A stretch of DNA of 64,000 nucleotides. It comes from Eledone cirrhosa. Its lineage: Eukaryota. The notes beneath the pieces are model-generated. The model was not told where the DNA came from and ran no database searches. It worked only from the letters and a program-made list of their open reading frames with translations. The stretch lies in contig OZ024751.1 of assembly GCA_964016885.1 (NCBI GenBank), positions 11,780,001-11,844,000 of the forward strand, in the 5' to 3' direction. The stretch's first letter is position 1. Each line of letters opens with the position of its first letter. The position numbers and the translations under genes were made by a program. Shown here piece by piece: positions 38,863 to 52,285 of the stretch.

Positions 38863-39308
38863 ACTAGTCTGAAAAATGCGCAAGCTCAAAAGAGCCACAG
38901 AATGTTATAATAAACCTTCAAAAGTGTGGGACTAGAGTTGTTGCTGAAAAATATTGTAATCATTATGTATCGTACACTCTGTGGGATCCTTTTATAAAAA
39001 AGAGACTCATAACGAACTCAAGACGGCACGATAATTATTTAAGTTAATTTATAATATAGAATTCGGTTTAAGTGCATTTCGTATTAATCATTACTAAACA
39101 TCTAATATGAGATATTGAACATTAGCTTAAATAATTATGGTGTCGTCTTGAGTTCGTTATGAGTCTCTTTTTTTATAAAAGGATGCCACAGATTGTGCGA
39201 TAGATAACGATTACAATATTTTTGAGCAACAACTCTAGTCCCACACTTTTGAAGGTTTATTATAACATTGTGTGGCTCTTTTGAGCTTGCGCATTTTTCA
39301 GGTCTAGT
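38863..39308. mobile_element. MITE-like element with ~185-bp imperfect terminal inverted repeats
   Basis: actagtctgaaaaatgcgcaagctcaaaagagccac... (38863-39047) versus ...gtggctcttttgagcttgcgcatttttcaggtctagt (39121-39308), with an AT-rich spacer. Confidence 0.8.
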
Positions 39309-39582
39309 ATATATATGCATATATACGAAAGTCGACTGAAAGTTCATAGACTGACCAAGATACTTTCATGGAATGACCAAATGAGGATTATGTTTCAACA
39401 TATTCCCTAGAAAGAAACAATGCAGTTATAGATAAGAAGAGTTGAAATTAATGCATGTAAGATTTCACAGAGTTAGCATCAATTGTTCATAGTCAGTCTA
39501 TGAACTTATCAGCCGATCCTCGTATATCTGCTCACAAAATATCTCACTCTATTTCTCTGTTCAATGGTGTTGATGGTGATGG

Positions 39583-39670
39583 TGTAGTAGTAATAGTAGT
39601 AGTAGCAGCAGTAGCAGTAGTAGGAGTAGTGGTAGCAGTAGCAGCAGCAGTAGTAGTAGTAGTTGTTGTT

Positions 39671-39724
<54 letters not shown>

Positions 39725-39769
39725 ATAATATTAGTAGTGGTAGTAGTAGTAGTGGTAGTAGTAGTAGTG

Positions 39770-39803
<34 letters not shown>

Positions 39804-39923
39804 CAGTGGTGGTAGTAGTAGTAGTAGCAGTAGTAGTAGTAGTAGTGGTAGTGTTAGTAGTAGTAGTAGTAGTGGTAGTGGTAGTGGTAGTAGTGGTAGT
39901 AGTGGTAGTGTTAGTAGTAGTAT

Positions 39924-39963
<40 letters not shown>

Positions 39964-39965
39964 TA
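39583..39965. repeat. (GTA)n microsatellite
   Basis: Direct observation. Confidence 0.95.
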
Positions 39966-40252
39966 TTGTAGTTTGTGTAATGACAGGAGGATTGTGGTGC
40001 TATGAAGTGGTAGTGTTGGCAGTGGTGGTTGTGCTGTTAATGTAATGGCGATGGTTTATTTTTTAATAATGATGATGTTTTTATTGTGATTGCATCGATA
40101 GTATTGTTGATGGTGTGAGGTGGATATATAGTGTTTGGTAATAGTGATTCCACTAATGTTTAAAGGCGGTGGTGGAGGAGCCTGCAGAAGGTACAGTTGG
40201 CAGGAGTTTGGATATGATTGTGGTGTAGGTGATGGTGGTGTTGTTGTTGTTG

Positions 40253-43200
40253 TTGGTGGTGGTGGTAGTTGTAGAGTTGGTGGTGGTGGTGGTAGCTGTA
40301 GAGTTGGTGGTGGTGGTTGTGGCTGTAGAGTTGTTGGTGGTGGTGGTAGCTGTAGAGTTGGTGGTGGTAGCTGTAGAGTTGGTGGTGGTGTTGGTAACTC
40401 TAGAGTTGGTGGTGGTGGTAGCTGTAGAGTTGGTGGTGGTGGTGGTGGTAGCTGTAGAGTTGGTGGTGGCGGTGGTGGTAGCTGTAGAGTTGGTGGTGGT
40501 GGTGGTAGCTGTAGAGTTGGTGGTGGTAGTGGTAGCTGTAGAGTTGGTGGTGGTGGTGGTAGCTGTAGAGTTGGTGGTGGTGGTGGTAGCTGTAGAGTTG
40601 GTGGTGGTGGTGGTAGCTGTAGAGTTGGTGGTGGTGGTGGTAGCTGTAGAGTTGGTGGTGGTGGTAGCTGTAGAGTTGGTGGTGGTAGTGGTAGCTGTAG
40701 AGTTGGTGGTGGTGGTGGTAGCTGTAGAGTTGGTGGTGGTGGTGGTAGCTGTAGAGTTGGTGGTGGTGGTAGCTGTAGAGTTGGTGGTGGTGGTGGTAAC
40801 TGTAGATTTGGTGGTGCTGGTAGCTGTAGAGTTGGTGGTGGTAGTGGTAGCTGTAGAGTTGGTGGTGGTGGTGGTAGCTGTAGAGTTGGTGGTGGTGGTG
40901 GTAGCTGTAGAATTGGTGGTGGTGGTAGCTGTAGAGTTGGTGGTGGTGGTGGTAGCTGTAGAGTTGGTGGTGGTAGTGGTAGCTGTAGAGTTGGTGGTGG
41001 TGGTGGTAGCTGTAGAGTTGGTGGTGGTGGTGGTAGCTGTAGTGTTGGTGGTGGTGGTGGTAGCTGTAGAGTTGGTGGTGGTGGTAGCTGTAGAGTTGGT
41101 GGTGGTGGTGGTAACTGTAGAGTTGGTGGTGGTGGTGGTAGCTGTAGTGTTGGTGGTGGTAGCTGTAGAGTTGGTGGTGGTGGTAGCTGTAGAGTTGGTG
41201 GTGGTGGTGGTAACTGTAGAGTTGGTGGTGGTGGTGGTAGCTGTAGAGTTGGTGGTGGTGGTGGTAGCTGTAGAGTTGGTGGTGGTGGTGGTAGCTGTAG
41301 AGTTGGTGGTGGTGGTGGTAGCTGTAGAGTTGGTGGTGGTGGTGGTAGCTGTAGAGTTGGTGGTGGTGGTGGTAGCTGTAGAGTTGCTGGTGGTAGTGGT
41401 AGCTGTAGAGTTGGTGGTGGTGGTGGTAGCTGTAGAGTTGGTGGTGGTGGTGGTAGCTGTAGAGTTGGTGGTGGTGGTGGTAGCTGTAGAGTTGGTGGTG
41501 GTGGTGGTAGCTGTAGAGTTGGTGGTGGTGGTGGTAGCTGTAGAGTTGGTGGTGGTGGTGGTAGCTGTAGAGATGGTGGTGGTGGTGGTAACTGTAGAGT
41601 TGGTGGTGGTGGTGGTAGCTGTAGAGTTGGTGGTGGTGGTGGTGGTGGTAGCTGTAGAGTTGGTGGTGGTGGTGGTAGCTGTAGAGTTGGTGGTGGTGGT
41701 GGTAGCTGTAGAGTTGGTGGTGGTGGTGGTAACTGTAGAGTTGGTGGTGGTGGTGGTAGCTGTAGAGTTGGTGGTGGTGGTGGTAGCTGTAGAGTTGGTG
41801 GTGGTGGTGGTAGCTGTAGAGTTGGTGGTGGTGGTGGTAGCTGTAGAGTTGGTGGTGGTGGTGGTAGCTGTAGAGTTGGTGGTGGTGGTGGTAGCTGTAG
41901 AGATGGTGGTGGTGGTGGTAACTGTAGAGTTGGTGGTGGTGGTGGTAGCTGTAGAGTTGGTGGTGGTGGTGGTGGTAGCTGTAGAGTTGGTGGTGGTGGT
42001 GGTAGCTGTAGAGTTGGTGGTGGTGGTGGTAGCTGTAGAGTTGGTGGTCGCGGTGGTAGCTGTAGAGTTGGTGGTGGTGGTGGTAGCTGTAGAGTTGGTG
42101 GTGGTGGTGGTGGTAGCTGTAGAGTTGGTGGTGGTGGTGGTAGCTATAGAGTTAGTGGTGGTGGTGGTAGCTGTAGAGTTGGTGGTGGTGGTGGTAGCTG
42201 TAGAGTTGCTGGTGGTGGTGGTAGTTGTAGAGTTGGTGGTGGTGGTGGTAGCTGTGGAGTTGGTTGTGGTGGTGGTAGCTGTAGAGTTGGTGGTGGTGGT
42301 GGTAGCTGTAGAGTTGGTGGTGGTGGTGGTAACTGTAGAGTTGGTGGTGGTGGTGGTAGCTGTAGAGTTGGTGGTGGTGGTGGTAGCTGTAGAGTTGGTG
42401 GTGGTGGTGGTAGCTGTAGAGTTGGTGGTGGTGGTGGTGGTAGCTGTAAAGTTGGTGGAGGTGGTGGTAGTTGTAGAGTTGGTGGTGGTGGTGGTAGCTG
42501 TAGAGTTGGTGGTGGTGGTGGTAGCTGTAGAGTTGGTGGTGGTGGTGGTAGCTGTAGAGTTGCTGGTGGTGGTGGTGGTAGCTGTAGAGTTGCTGGTGGT
42601 GGTGGTGGTAGCTGTAGAGTTGGTGGAGGTGGTGGTAGCTGTAGAGTTGGTGGTGGTGGTGGTAGCTGTAGAGTTGGTGGTGGTGGTGGTAGCTGTAGAG
42701 TTGGTGGTGGTGGTGGTAGCTGTAGAGTTGGTGGTGGTGGTGGTGGTAGCTGTAGAGTTGATGGTGGTGGTGGTAGCTGTAGAGTTGGTGGTGGTGGTGG
42801 TGGTAGCTGTAGAGTTGGTGGTGGTGGTAGCTGTAGAGTTGGTGGTGGTGGTGGTAGCTGTAGAGTTGGTGGTGGTGGTGGTAGCTGTAGAGTTGCTGGT
42901 GGTGGTGGTGGTAGCTGTAGAGTTGGTGGTGGTGGTGGTAGCTATAGAGTTAGTGGTGGTGGTGGTAGCTGTAGAGTTGGTGGTGGTGGTGGTAGCTGTA
43001 GAGTTGCTGGTGGTGGTGGTGGTAGCTGTAGAGATGGTGGTGGTGGTGGTAGCTGTGGAGTTGGTGGTGGTGGTGGTAGCTGTAGAGTTGGTGGTGGTGG
43101 TGGTAGTTGTAGAGTTGGTGGTGGTGGTGGTAGCTGTGGAGTTGGTTGTGGTGGTGGTAGCTGTAGAGTTGGTGGTGGTGGTGGTAGCTGTAGAGTTGCT

Positions 43201-45720
43201 GGTGGTGGTGGTGGTAGCTGTAGAGTTGGTGGTGGTGGTGGTAGCTGTGGAGTTGGTGGTGGTGGTGGTAGCTGTAGAGTTGGTGGTGGTGGTGGTAGTT
43301 GTAGAGTTGGTGGTGGTGGTGGTAGCTGTGGAGTTGGTTGTGGTGGTGGTAGCTGTAGAGTTGGTGGTGGTGGTGGTAGCTGTAGAGTTGGTGGTGGTGG
43401 TGGTACTTGTAGAGTTGCTGGTGGTGGTGGTAGCTGTAGAGTTGGTGGTGGTGGTGGTAGTTGTAGAGTTGGTGGTGGTGGTGGTAGCTGTGGAGTTGGT
43501 TGTGGTGGTGGTAGCTGTAGAGTTGGTGGTGGTGGTGGTAGCTGTAGAGTTGGTGGTGGTGGTGGTAGTTGTAGAGTTGGTGGTGGTGGTGGTAGCTGTA
43601 GAGTTGCTGGTGGTGGTGGTGGTAGCTGTAGAGTTGGTGGTGGTGGTGGTAGCTCTAGAGTTGGGGGTGGTGGTGGTAGCTGTAGAGTTGCTGGTGGTGG
43701 TGGTGGTAGCTGTAGAGTTGGTGGTGGTGGTGGTAGCTGTAGAGTTGGTGGTGGTGGTGGTAGCTGTAGAGTTGGTGGTGGTGGTGGTAGCTGTAGAGTT
43801 GGTGGTGGTGGTGGTAGCTGTAGAGTTGCTGGTGGTAGTGGTAGCTGTAGAGTTGGTGGTGGTGGTGGTAGCTGTAGAGTTGGTGGTGGTGTAGGTAGCT
43901 GTAGAGTTGGTGGTGGTGGTGGTAGCTGTAGAGTTGGTGGTGGTGGTGGTAGCTGTAGAGTTGGTGGTGGTGGTGGTAGCTGTAGAGTTGGTGGTGGTGG
44001 TGGTAGTTGTAGAGTTGGTGGTGGTGGTGGTAGCTGTAGAGTTGCTGGTGGTGGTGGTGGTAGCTGTAGAGTTGGTGGTGGTGGTGGTAGCTGTAGAGTT
44101 GGGGGTGGTGGTGGTAGCTGTAGAGTTGGTGGTGGTGGTGGTAGCTGTAGAGTTGGTGGTGGTGGTGGTAGCTGTAGAATTGGTGGTGGTGGTGGTAGCT
44201 GTAGAGTTGGTGGTGGTGGTGGTAGCTGTAGAGTTGGTGGTGGTGGTAGCTGTAGAGTTGGTGGTGGTAGCTGTAGAGTTGGTGGTGGTGGTGTTAGCTG
44301 TAGAGTTGGTGGTGGTGGTGGTAGCTGTAGAGTTGGTGGTGGTGGTGGTAGCTGTAGAATTGGTGGTGGTGGTGGTAGCTGTAGAGTTGGTGGTGGTGGT
44401 GGTAGCTGTAGAGTTGGTGGTGGTGGTGGTAGCTGTAGAGTTGGTGGTGGTAGCTGTAGAGTTGGTGGTGGTGCTGGTGGTAGCTGTAGAGTTGGTGGTG
44501 GTGGTGGTGGTAGCTGTAGAGTTGGTGGTGGTGGTGGTAGCTGTAGAGTTGGTGGTGGTGGTGGTAGCTGTAGAGTTGGTGGTGGTGGTAGCTGTAGAGT
44601 TGGTGGTGGTGGTAGCTGTAGAGTTGGTGGTGGTGGTGGTAGCTGTAGAGTTGGTGGTGGTGGTGGTAGCTGTAGAGTTGGTGGTGGTGGTGGTAGCTGT
44701 AGAGTTGGTGGTGGTGGAAGCTGTAGAGTTGGTGGTGGTGGTGGTAGCTGTAGAGTTGGTGATGGTGGTGGTAGCTGTAGAATTGGTGGTGGTGGTGGTA
44801 GCTTTAGAGTTGGTGGAGGTGGTGGTAGCTGTAGAGTTGGTGGTGGTGGTGGTAGCTGTAGAGTTGGTGGTGGTAGTGGTAGCTGTAGAGTTGGTGGTGG
44901 TGGTGGTAGCTGTAGAGTTGGTGGTGGTGGTGGTGGTAGCTGTAGAGTTGGTGGTGGTGGTGGTAGCTGTAGAGTTGGTGGTGGTGGTGGTGGTGGTAGC
45001 TGTAGAGTTGTTGGTGGTGGTAGCTGTAGAGTTGGTGGTGGTGGTGGTAGTTGTAGAGTTGGTGGTGGTGGTGGTAGCTGTAGAGTTGGTGGTGGTGGTG
45101 GTAGCTGTAGAGTTGGTGGTGGTGGTGGTGGTAGCTGTAGAGTTGGTGGTGGTGGTGGTAGCTGTAGAGTTGGTGGTGGTGGTGGTGGTAGCTGTAGAGT
45201 TGGTGGTGGTGGTGGTAGCTGTAGAGTTGGTGGTGGTGGTGGTGGTGGTAGCTGTAGAGTTGTTGGTGGTGGTAGCTGTAGAGTTGGTGGTGGTGGTGGT
45301 AGCTGTAGAATTGGTGGTGGTGGTAGCTGTAGAGTTGGTGGTGGTAGTGGTAGCTGTAGAGTTGGTGGTGGTAGCTGTAGAGTTGGTGGTGGTGGTAGCT
45401 GTAGAGTTGGTGGTGGTGGTGGTAGCTGTAGAATTGGTGGTGGTGGTGGTGGTGGTAGCTGTAGAGTTGTTGGTGGTGGTGGCGGTGGTAGCTGTAGAAT
45501 TTGTTGTGGTGGTGGTGGTAGCTGTAGAGGTGGTGGTGGTGGTAGTTGTAGAGTTGGTGGTGGTGGTGGTAGCTGTAGAGGTGGTGGTGGTGGTAGTTGT
45601 AGAGTTGGTGGTGGTGGTGGTAGCTGTAGAGTTGATGGTAGTGGTGGTGAAGGTAGCTGTATAAATGGTTAAATGGTGGTGGTGGTGGTGGTGGTGGTGG
45701 TAGCTGTAGAGTTGGTGGTG
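40253..45720. repeat. 5.4-kb minisatellite, modal 27-bp unit (ggt)5-agctgtagagtt
   Basis: About 200 units. Length variants differ by whole GGT triplets. Confidence 0.97.
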
Positions 45721-47544
45721 TTGGTGGTGTTTGTGTTGATGGTAGTAGTTATGGGGCTGGTGGTAAAGGTGATGTTGATGGCGGTGGTGGTAGCTGTAGA
45801 GTTGGTAGTCATCGTGTACATGGTATTGGTGTTGGTGATAATGGTTTTGGTGGAAATGGCGTTGGTAGTAATGGTAAATGTGACGGTAGTGTAGGTGGTG
45901 ATGGTGTAGCTGTGGTGCTGCTGGCAAAGGTGACGATGGTGTAGGTAATAGTATTGGTGGTGATCGTGTACATGATGATGTTGTTGGTGGTGATGGTGCT
46001 GGTGATGATGGTAGTAGTTATGGTGTTGATGGTAGTAGTTGTTGTGGTATTGGTATATGTTTTGATGGTGGTGTAGTTGTGGTGTTTCTGGTATAGGTGT
46101 TGATGGTGAAGATGGTGATGATGCTAAGTATGGTGTTGCTAGTGATGGTGAAGGTGGTGGTGTAGTAGGATAAGGTAGTAGTCAGACCAGCTATCATGGT
46201 AATTGTGGCGTGGTTGTAGGTGGTTGCCATTGGTAGAGATGATGTAGGTGGTGATGATAGTCGTAGTGATGTTGGTAGTTGTAGAGCTGGTAGTGGCGGT
46301 GGTAGTGGTGGTAGTTGCAGAGGTGGTGAAATTTGTGGAGGAAGTCTCCTTGTAGTAGTGGTAGTTGTAATGGTTGTGTTAGTAGTTGTTGGGGTGGTGA
46401 AGTGTGTCGTAGTATTGTTGGTAGTTGTGGAGGTGGATCAGGCTGTGTTTGGTATTGTTCGTATTTGAGGAGTTGGTGGAATTTGTTGTAGTAGTGTTAG
46501 TGATTGAGGAGGTGTAGGTGTCTGTCATTTGTAGTGGTGGTGGTAGTTGTGAAGATGGAGTATGTTGTTGTAGTTGTGGTGTTGTTGGTAGCTGTAGTGA
46601 TGCTTGTGAAGATGCGGGATGTTGTGGTGGGGGGTAGTGGTGTTGGTACCGTGGTGGTGGTGGTGGTTGTGAAGATGGAGGACGATGTTGTGGTGGTGGT
46701 GGTGGGGTTGGTAGCCGTGGTGGTGGTTGTGGTGTTGGCAGCTGTGATTGTGGTGGTTGCGAAGATGGGGGACGTTGTGGTCGTTGTAGTAGTATTGTTA
46801 GCTGTGGTGGTGGTTGTGAAGATGTAGTATATTGAGGTGGCGGTGTTGTTGGTAGCCGTCGTGGTGGTGATGGTGTTGGTGGTGGTGGTGGTGGTGGCGG
46901 TGGTGTTAGTGTTGGTAGCTGTGGTGGTAGTGTTGGTAGCCGTGGTGGTGGTGTTGATGTTGGTGGTGTTGGTATCTGTGGTGGTGGTGGTTACAGTAAT
47001 GGAGCCTGTAGTGTTTTAGTTTAGGTTAAGTGTGAAAATGGCGGCAATTTGTGTGGTTTCATATTTGTTAGCGGAAGTGAAGAGTTTGTACGGAATGAAG
47101 GGAGGCTATTGTAATAAGATTTCTATGGTACTACTACTGTGACAGTAACATCGTTATAGATGTGGTTATTGTTGTTGCTGTAGTAGTGATGTCATGATAC
47201 GATGGACTTGTGGATGGCGGCGGCGGTGGTGGTGCTGGTGGTGCTGGTATTGGTTTTAATTGTGCTGATATAGTAATGGTTGCGGTGATTTTGTGGCTTG
47301 AGTGGTGGTAGTGATGGTGGTTATTGTTGTAATTTGTTGTTGACAAAGGAAATAATGGAGATGGTGGTGGTGGTGGAAGTGGTGGAGTTTTGGATAGGTG
47401 TAGTAATGGGGTTAGTGGGTTGTGATGGTTGTAATAATGGCCTCACTGGTGATTATGGCCGGGATAATGATGCGTGTAGCTATGGTGGTTGTGTTGGTGG
47501 TAGTAGGTGTGATAGTGGTACTAGTTGTGGTAGTGGTGTCTTCG

Positions 47545-48010
47545 TTGGTAACAGTGGTTATGGTTGCTGTGTTGGTGGTAATGGCTATGGCGGTTGTGTT
47601 GGTGGTTGTGGTTATGGCGGTTGTGTTGGTGGTAATGGTTATGGCGGTTGTGTTGGTGGTTGTGGTTATGGCGGTTGTGTTGGTGGTTGTGGTTATGGCG
47701 GTTGTGTTGGTGGTTGTGGTTATGGCGGTTGTGTTGGTGGTTGTGGTTATGGCGGTTGTGTTGGTGGTTGTGGTTATGGTGGTTGTGTTGGTGGTTGTGG
47801 TTATGGCGGTTGGGTTGGTGGTTGTGGTCATGGCGGTTGGGTTGGTGGTTGTGGTTATGGCGGTTGTGTTGGTGGTAGTGGGTATGGCAGTTGTGTTGGT
47901 GGTGGTGGTTATGGTGGTTGTATTGGTGGTTGTGGTTATGGCGGTTGTGTTGGTGGTAGTGGGTATGGCAGTTGTGTTGGTGGTGGTGGTTATGGTGGTT
48001 GTATTGGTGG
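47545..48010. repeat. 27-bp minisatellite ggtggttgtggttatggcggttgtgtt
   Basis: Direct observation. It translates as (GGCGYGGCV)n in one frame. Confidence 0.9.
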
Positions 48011-48610
48011 TAGTAGCGTTTCTGATAGTTACGGTGGTAGTGTTGTTGGTAGTGATGGTTGTGTTGGGGGGTAGTGTTGGTAGTAGCGTTTCTGATAGTT
48101 ACGGTGGTAGTGTTGTTGGTAGTGATGGTTGTGTTGGGGGTAGTGTTGGTGGTACTAGTGTTTCTGGAAGTTAGGGTGGTAGTGTTGGTGGTAGTAGTGT
48201 CTGATAGTCATGGTGATAGTGTTGGTGGTAGTATTGTTTCTGATAGTTATAGTGGCTGTGTTGGTAGTAGTGGTGGTAGTGTTGGTGGTAGTAGTGTCTG
48301 ATAGTTATGGTGATAGTGTTGGTGGTAGTAGTGTTTCTGATAGTTATAGTGGCTGTGTTGGTAGTAGTGGTGGTAGTGTTGGTGGGAGTAGTGTCTGATA
48401 GTTATGGTGATAGTGTTGGTGGTAGTAGTGTTTCTGATAGTTATAGTGGCTGTGTTGGTAGTAGTGGTGGTAGTGTTGGTGGTAGTAGTGTCTGATAGTT
48501 ATGATGGTTGTTTTGGTGGTAGTAGTGTTTCTGATAGTTATAGTGGCTGTGTTGGTAGTAGTGGTGGTAGTGTTGGTGGTAGTAGTGTTGGTGGTAGTTA
48601 TGGTAGTAGT
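48010..48610. repeat. Minisatellite with tctgatagtta core, 97-bp period over 48200-48590
   Basis: Repeated starts at 48210, 48307 and 48404. Confidence 0.9.
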
Positions 48611-48819
48611 TATGGTGGTAAAGGTGTGATAGTGGTAATGACCATGGGAGGAGTGTGGCTGGTGGTAATGGTGGCAGTTTTATGATCGTAGTGGTGGTGT
48701 TGGTGGTAGTAGTGGTGGTGTTGAAATGATTTTTGTCGATGCTGGTTTAATGAGGTGTTTCTGTGTTTTCATCGTTGTGCTTCCATAAATCTACATTTTA
48801 ATTGCTGCTGCTGCTACTG

Positions 48820-49872
48820 ATTTTGTTGTTGTTGTTGTTGTTGTTGTTGTCGTCGTCGTAGTTATAGATGTCGTTTTTGCTGTTGTTGTTGTTGTTGTTG
48901 TCGTCGTTGTAGTTATAGATGTCGTTATTGCTGTTGTTGTTGTTGTTGCCATGTTGTTGTTGTTGTTGTTGTTGTAGTTATAGATGTCGTTATTGCTGTT
49001 GTTATTGTTGTTGTTGTTGTCGTCGTTGTAGTTATAGATGTCGTTATTGCTGTTGTTGTTGTTGTTGTTGCCATATTGTTGTTGTTGTTGTTGTTGTTGT
49101 TGTTATTGGTGCTGTTGTTGGTGGAGGTGGCGGTTGCGGTGGTGCTGGCACAGGTGGTGTGAATGCTGTTGTTGTTGTTGTTGTTGTTGTTGTTATTGGT
49201 GCTGTTGTTAGTGTGGTGGTGGATGTGGCGGTTGTGGTGGTGCTGGCACAGGTGGTGTGATTGTTGTTGTTGTTATTATTGGTGTTGTTGGTGGAGGTGG
49301 CGGTTGTGGTGGTGCTGGCACAGGTGGTGTGATGTTGTTGTTGTTGTTATTGGTGTTGTTGGTGAAGGTGGCGGTTGTGGTGGTGCTGGCACAGGTGGTG
49401 TGATTGTTGTTGTTGTTGTTATTGGTGTTGTTGGTGAAGGTGGCGGTTGTGGTGGTGCTGGCACAGGTGGTGTGATTGTTGTTGTTGTTGTTATTGGTGT
49501 TGTTGGTGAAGGTGGCGGTTGTGGTGGTGCTGGCACAGGTGGTGTGATGTTGTTGTTGTTGTTATTGGTGTTGTTGGTGAAGGTGGCGGTTGTGGTGGTG
49601 CTGGCACAGGTGGTGTGATGTTGTTGTTGTTGTTATTGGTGTTGTTGTTAGTGTGTTGGTGAAGGTGGCGGTTGTGGTGGTGATGGCACAGGTGGTGTGA
49701 TGTTGTTGTTGTTGTTGTTATTGGTGTTATTATTGGTGTTGTTGGTGGAGGTGGCGGTTGTGGTGGTGCTGGCACAGGTGGTGTGATTGTTGTTGTTGTT
49801 GTTGTTATTGGTGTTATTATTGGTGTTGTTGGTGGAGGTGGCGGTTGTGGTGGTGCTGGCACAGGTGGTGTG

Positions 49873-49911
<39 letters not shown>

Positions 49912-49955
49912 GGTGGAGGTGGCGGTTGCGGTGGTGCTGTTACAGGTGGTGTGAA

Positions 49956-50001
<46 letters not shown>

Positions 50002-50100
50002 ATTGGTGTTGTTGTTAGTGTGTTGGTGGAGGTGGCGGTTGTGGTGGTGCTGGCACAGGTGGTGTGATTGTTGTTGTTGTTATTGGTGTTGTTGTTAGTT
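48820..50100. repeat. (GTT)n-based minisatellites, including a unit with ggtggcggttgtggtggtgctggcacaggtggtgtga
   Basis: Direct observation. Confidence 0.9.
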
Positions 50101-51784
50101 GTGGCGTTGGTGTGGATTATATCGGTGGTAGTTATGTTGATGCTGATGTTGTTGTCGTAATGGTATTGGTTAGAAATAGGATGTGTATTGATTATACCAT
50201 GTATAGGGATGTGAGGAGGGGGGGGGCGTTAATGGTAATATGAATGACAGGCTAGGGGTGGGAGATTGATAAATGACAGCAATAGGAATATAAGAGGAGA
50301 AGAAGAAGAGAACGTGGTGGTGGGTGTAGTAGTGGTGGTGGTGATGTTGGTGGTGGTGGTGGTGGTGGTGGTGGCGACGGTGGTTGTAGTGGTGGTGGTG
50401 ATAGTGTTTGTTGCAAATATAGTGATTGTAAAAATAGTCAATATCTTAGTAGCAGTTATAATATTAATGGAAGCAAGTGTTTTATTAATGGCGGTAGTCT
50501 AGTTGAGTCTTCATAGGTTGTTATGGTATATAACGTTGTCACTTTGTTGTTTAGAAACTAGGTAATCTCTCACGGAACAAAACAAATGCGTTCCAGACAT
50601 GACGATCCCAACTTTTTGTATATAAAGAACTGCATTATACATTTGAAACTTTATGTAAAGAAATAATATGCTACATGAGGGCAATTTGGTTGATATTTTT
50701 AAGAGTTCGAATTGAGAAAGATATAGCGGAAGTGAAAAAGATTGAGGGAGTGAGAGAGAGAAGAAGAGATGAAATGAAGAGGGATAGATGGAGTGAGAGA
50801 GTGAGATGTGTTAAGAGAGAGAGAGAGAGAGATACAGATGGAGTGAGAGAGAGAAAAGGGGCTGTGAGAGAGATATGGGGTAAGAGAGAGAAAGATGGAA
50901 TGAGAGGGAAATAGATAGGGTGAGAGAGATAGATGGGTAAGAGAGAGAGAGATGGGGTAAGAGAGAGGACAGGTAGGGTAAGAGAGAGAGAGAGATGGAG
51001 TGAGAAAGAGATAGATGGAGTGAGCGAGAGACAGAGAGATGTGAGAGAGACGTACGACGCACAGGATATGTGTAACGAGGTGAGATACTTGTGAGAGACG
51101 AACAAATATTTTCTCATACCGTATACCCAGCAAAAATTCATGCAACCGATTGTACTGAGCTAAAGGCAGTCATTTACAGACCAGATGGTGGTGTAAATCT
51201 GGGCAACGGATTAAATCTAACATCCAAGTAGGTAACTTTGCGATTTGAACTTTGAATGTTTAGAATCGATGTTCTATTTCTGTTGATCAGCCGTATTGGG
51301 CTGTTGCTTTATATTACCATCACAAAATGTTGAGTGTCAACAAAATTTGAACCCAGAATGAAAAGAGCTGGAATAAATAGGTCAAGAACATTTTTTCTTC
51401 GTTCTGAAAATGTTTGAAACTTTTCTTAACCTTTTATTTTCCATCCCTGCTACCCCATTTATGAAATAAAACCACCCAGTTTAAAGGTTTCCAATTTAAA
51501 TTAAACTCTTCCAACATAATTTTAAACAGAAACCTTTCTTTAAGTTAAAATCTTAGTAAGGAAATAATTAATAATCTAAGAAAATCCCTTGAAATTATTC
51601 ATTAATTAATTAAAATACTGTGTATTTTATTAGAAATGTGGACATGAAAGGGTTAACACATATAAACATTTAGCATCTGCTGAAAATGTGATATCAAACT
51701 TACATTGACCTACATATCAACTGATCAGTTACCTCATTGATCTACTTAACTCATTGAGTAAAATAATCTCGTTCTGATCGATCT

Positions 51785-52285
51785 ACAAATCCCAGACCTC
51801 ATTCACTTGCCGAGTGGGGTGGACCTCGTCATATCTGACCAAGAAAACAATGTTTCCATTGTTCTTTTTCTTGGTGATACTATCTACTGGTCGCAACCCC
51901 TGGCAGAAGGAGCAACTTGAAATAAAGTGTCTTGCTCAAGAACACAACGCATCACCCGCTCCGAGAATTGAACTCGCAACCTCACGATTGCGAATCCAAG
52001 TCTTTTACCACTAAGCCACGCACCTTCACCATGGAATGTTGAAAAGATCCCAGACCTCAATCGCTTGCCGATTGGTGTGAACCTCGTCAAATCGGAACAA
52101 GGAAAGAATATTTCCATTGGTCTTCCCGTTGCTGACACTATCTACCGGTCGCAACTCTTGGCAGAAGGTGCAACGAGAAATAAAGTGTCTAGTGTCTTGC
52201 TGAAGGACACATCGCATCATCCGGTTCGAGAATTGAACTCGCAACCTCACGATTGCGAACCCAACTTCCTAACCAGTAAGCCAGG
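51785..52285 (-). mobile_element. Tandem pair of SINE-B (CORE-type) copies
   Basis: 51785-52027 and 52046-52285 are diverged direct copies. Both are reverse complements of the 16111-16320 family. Confidence 0.85.
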
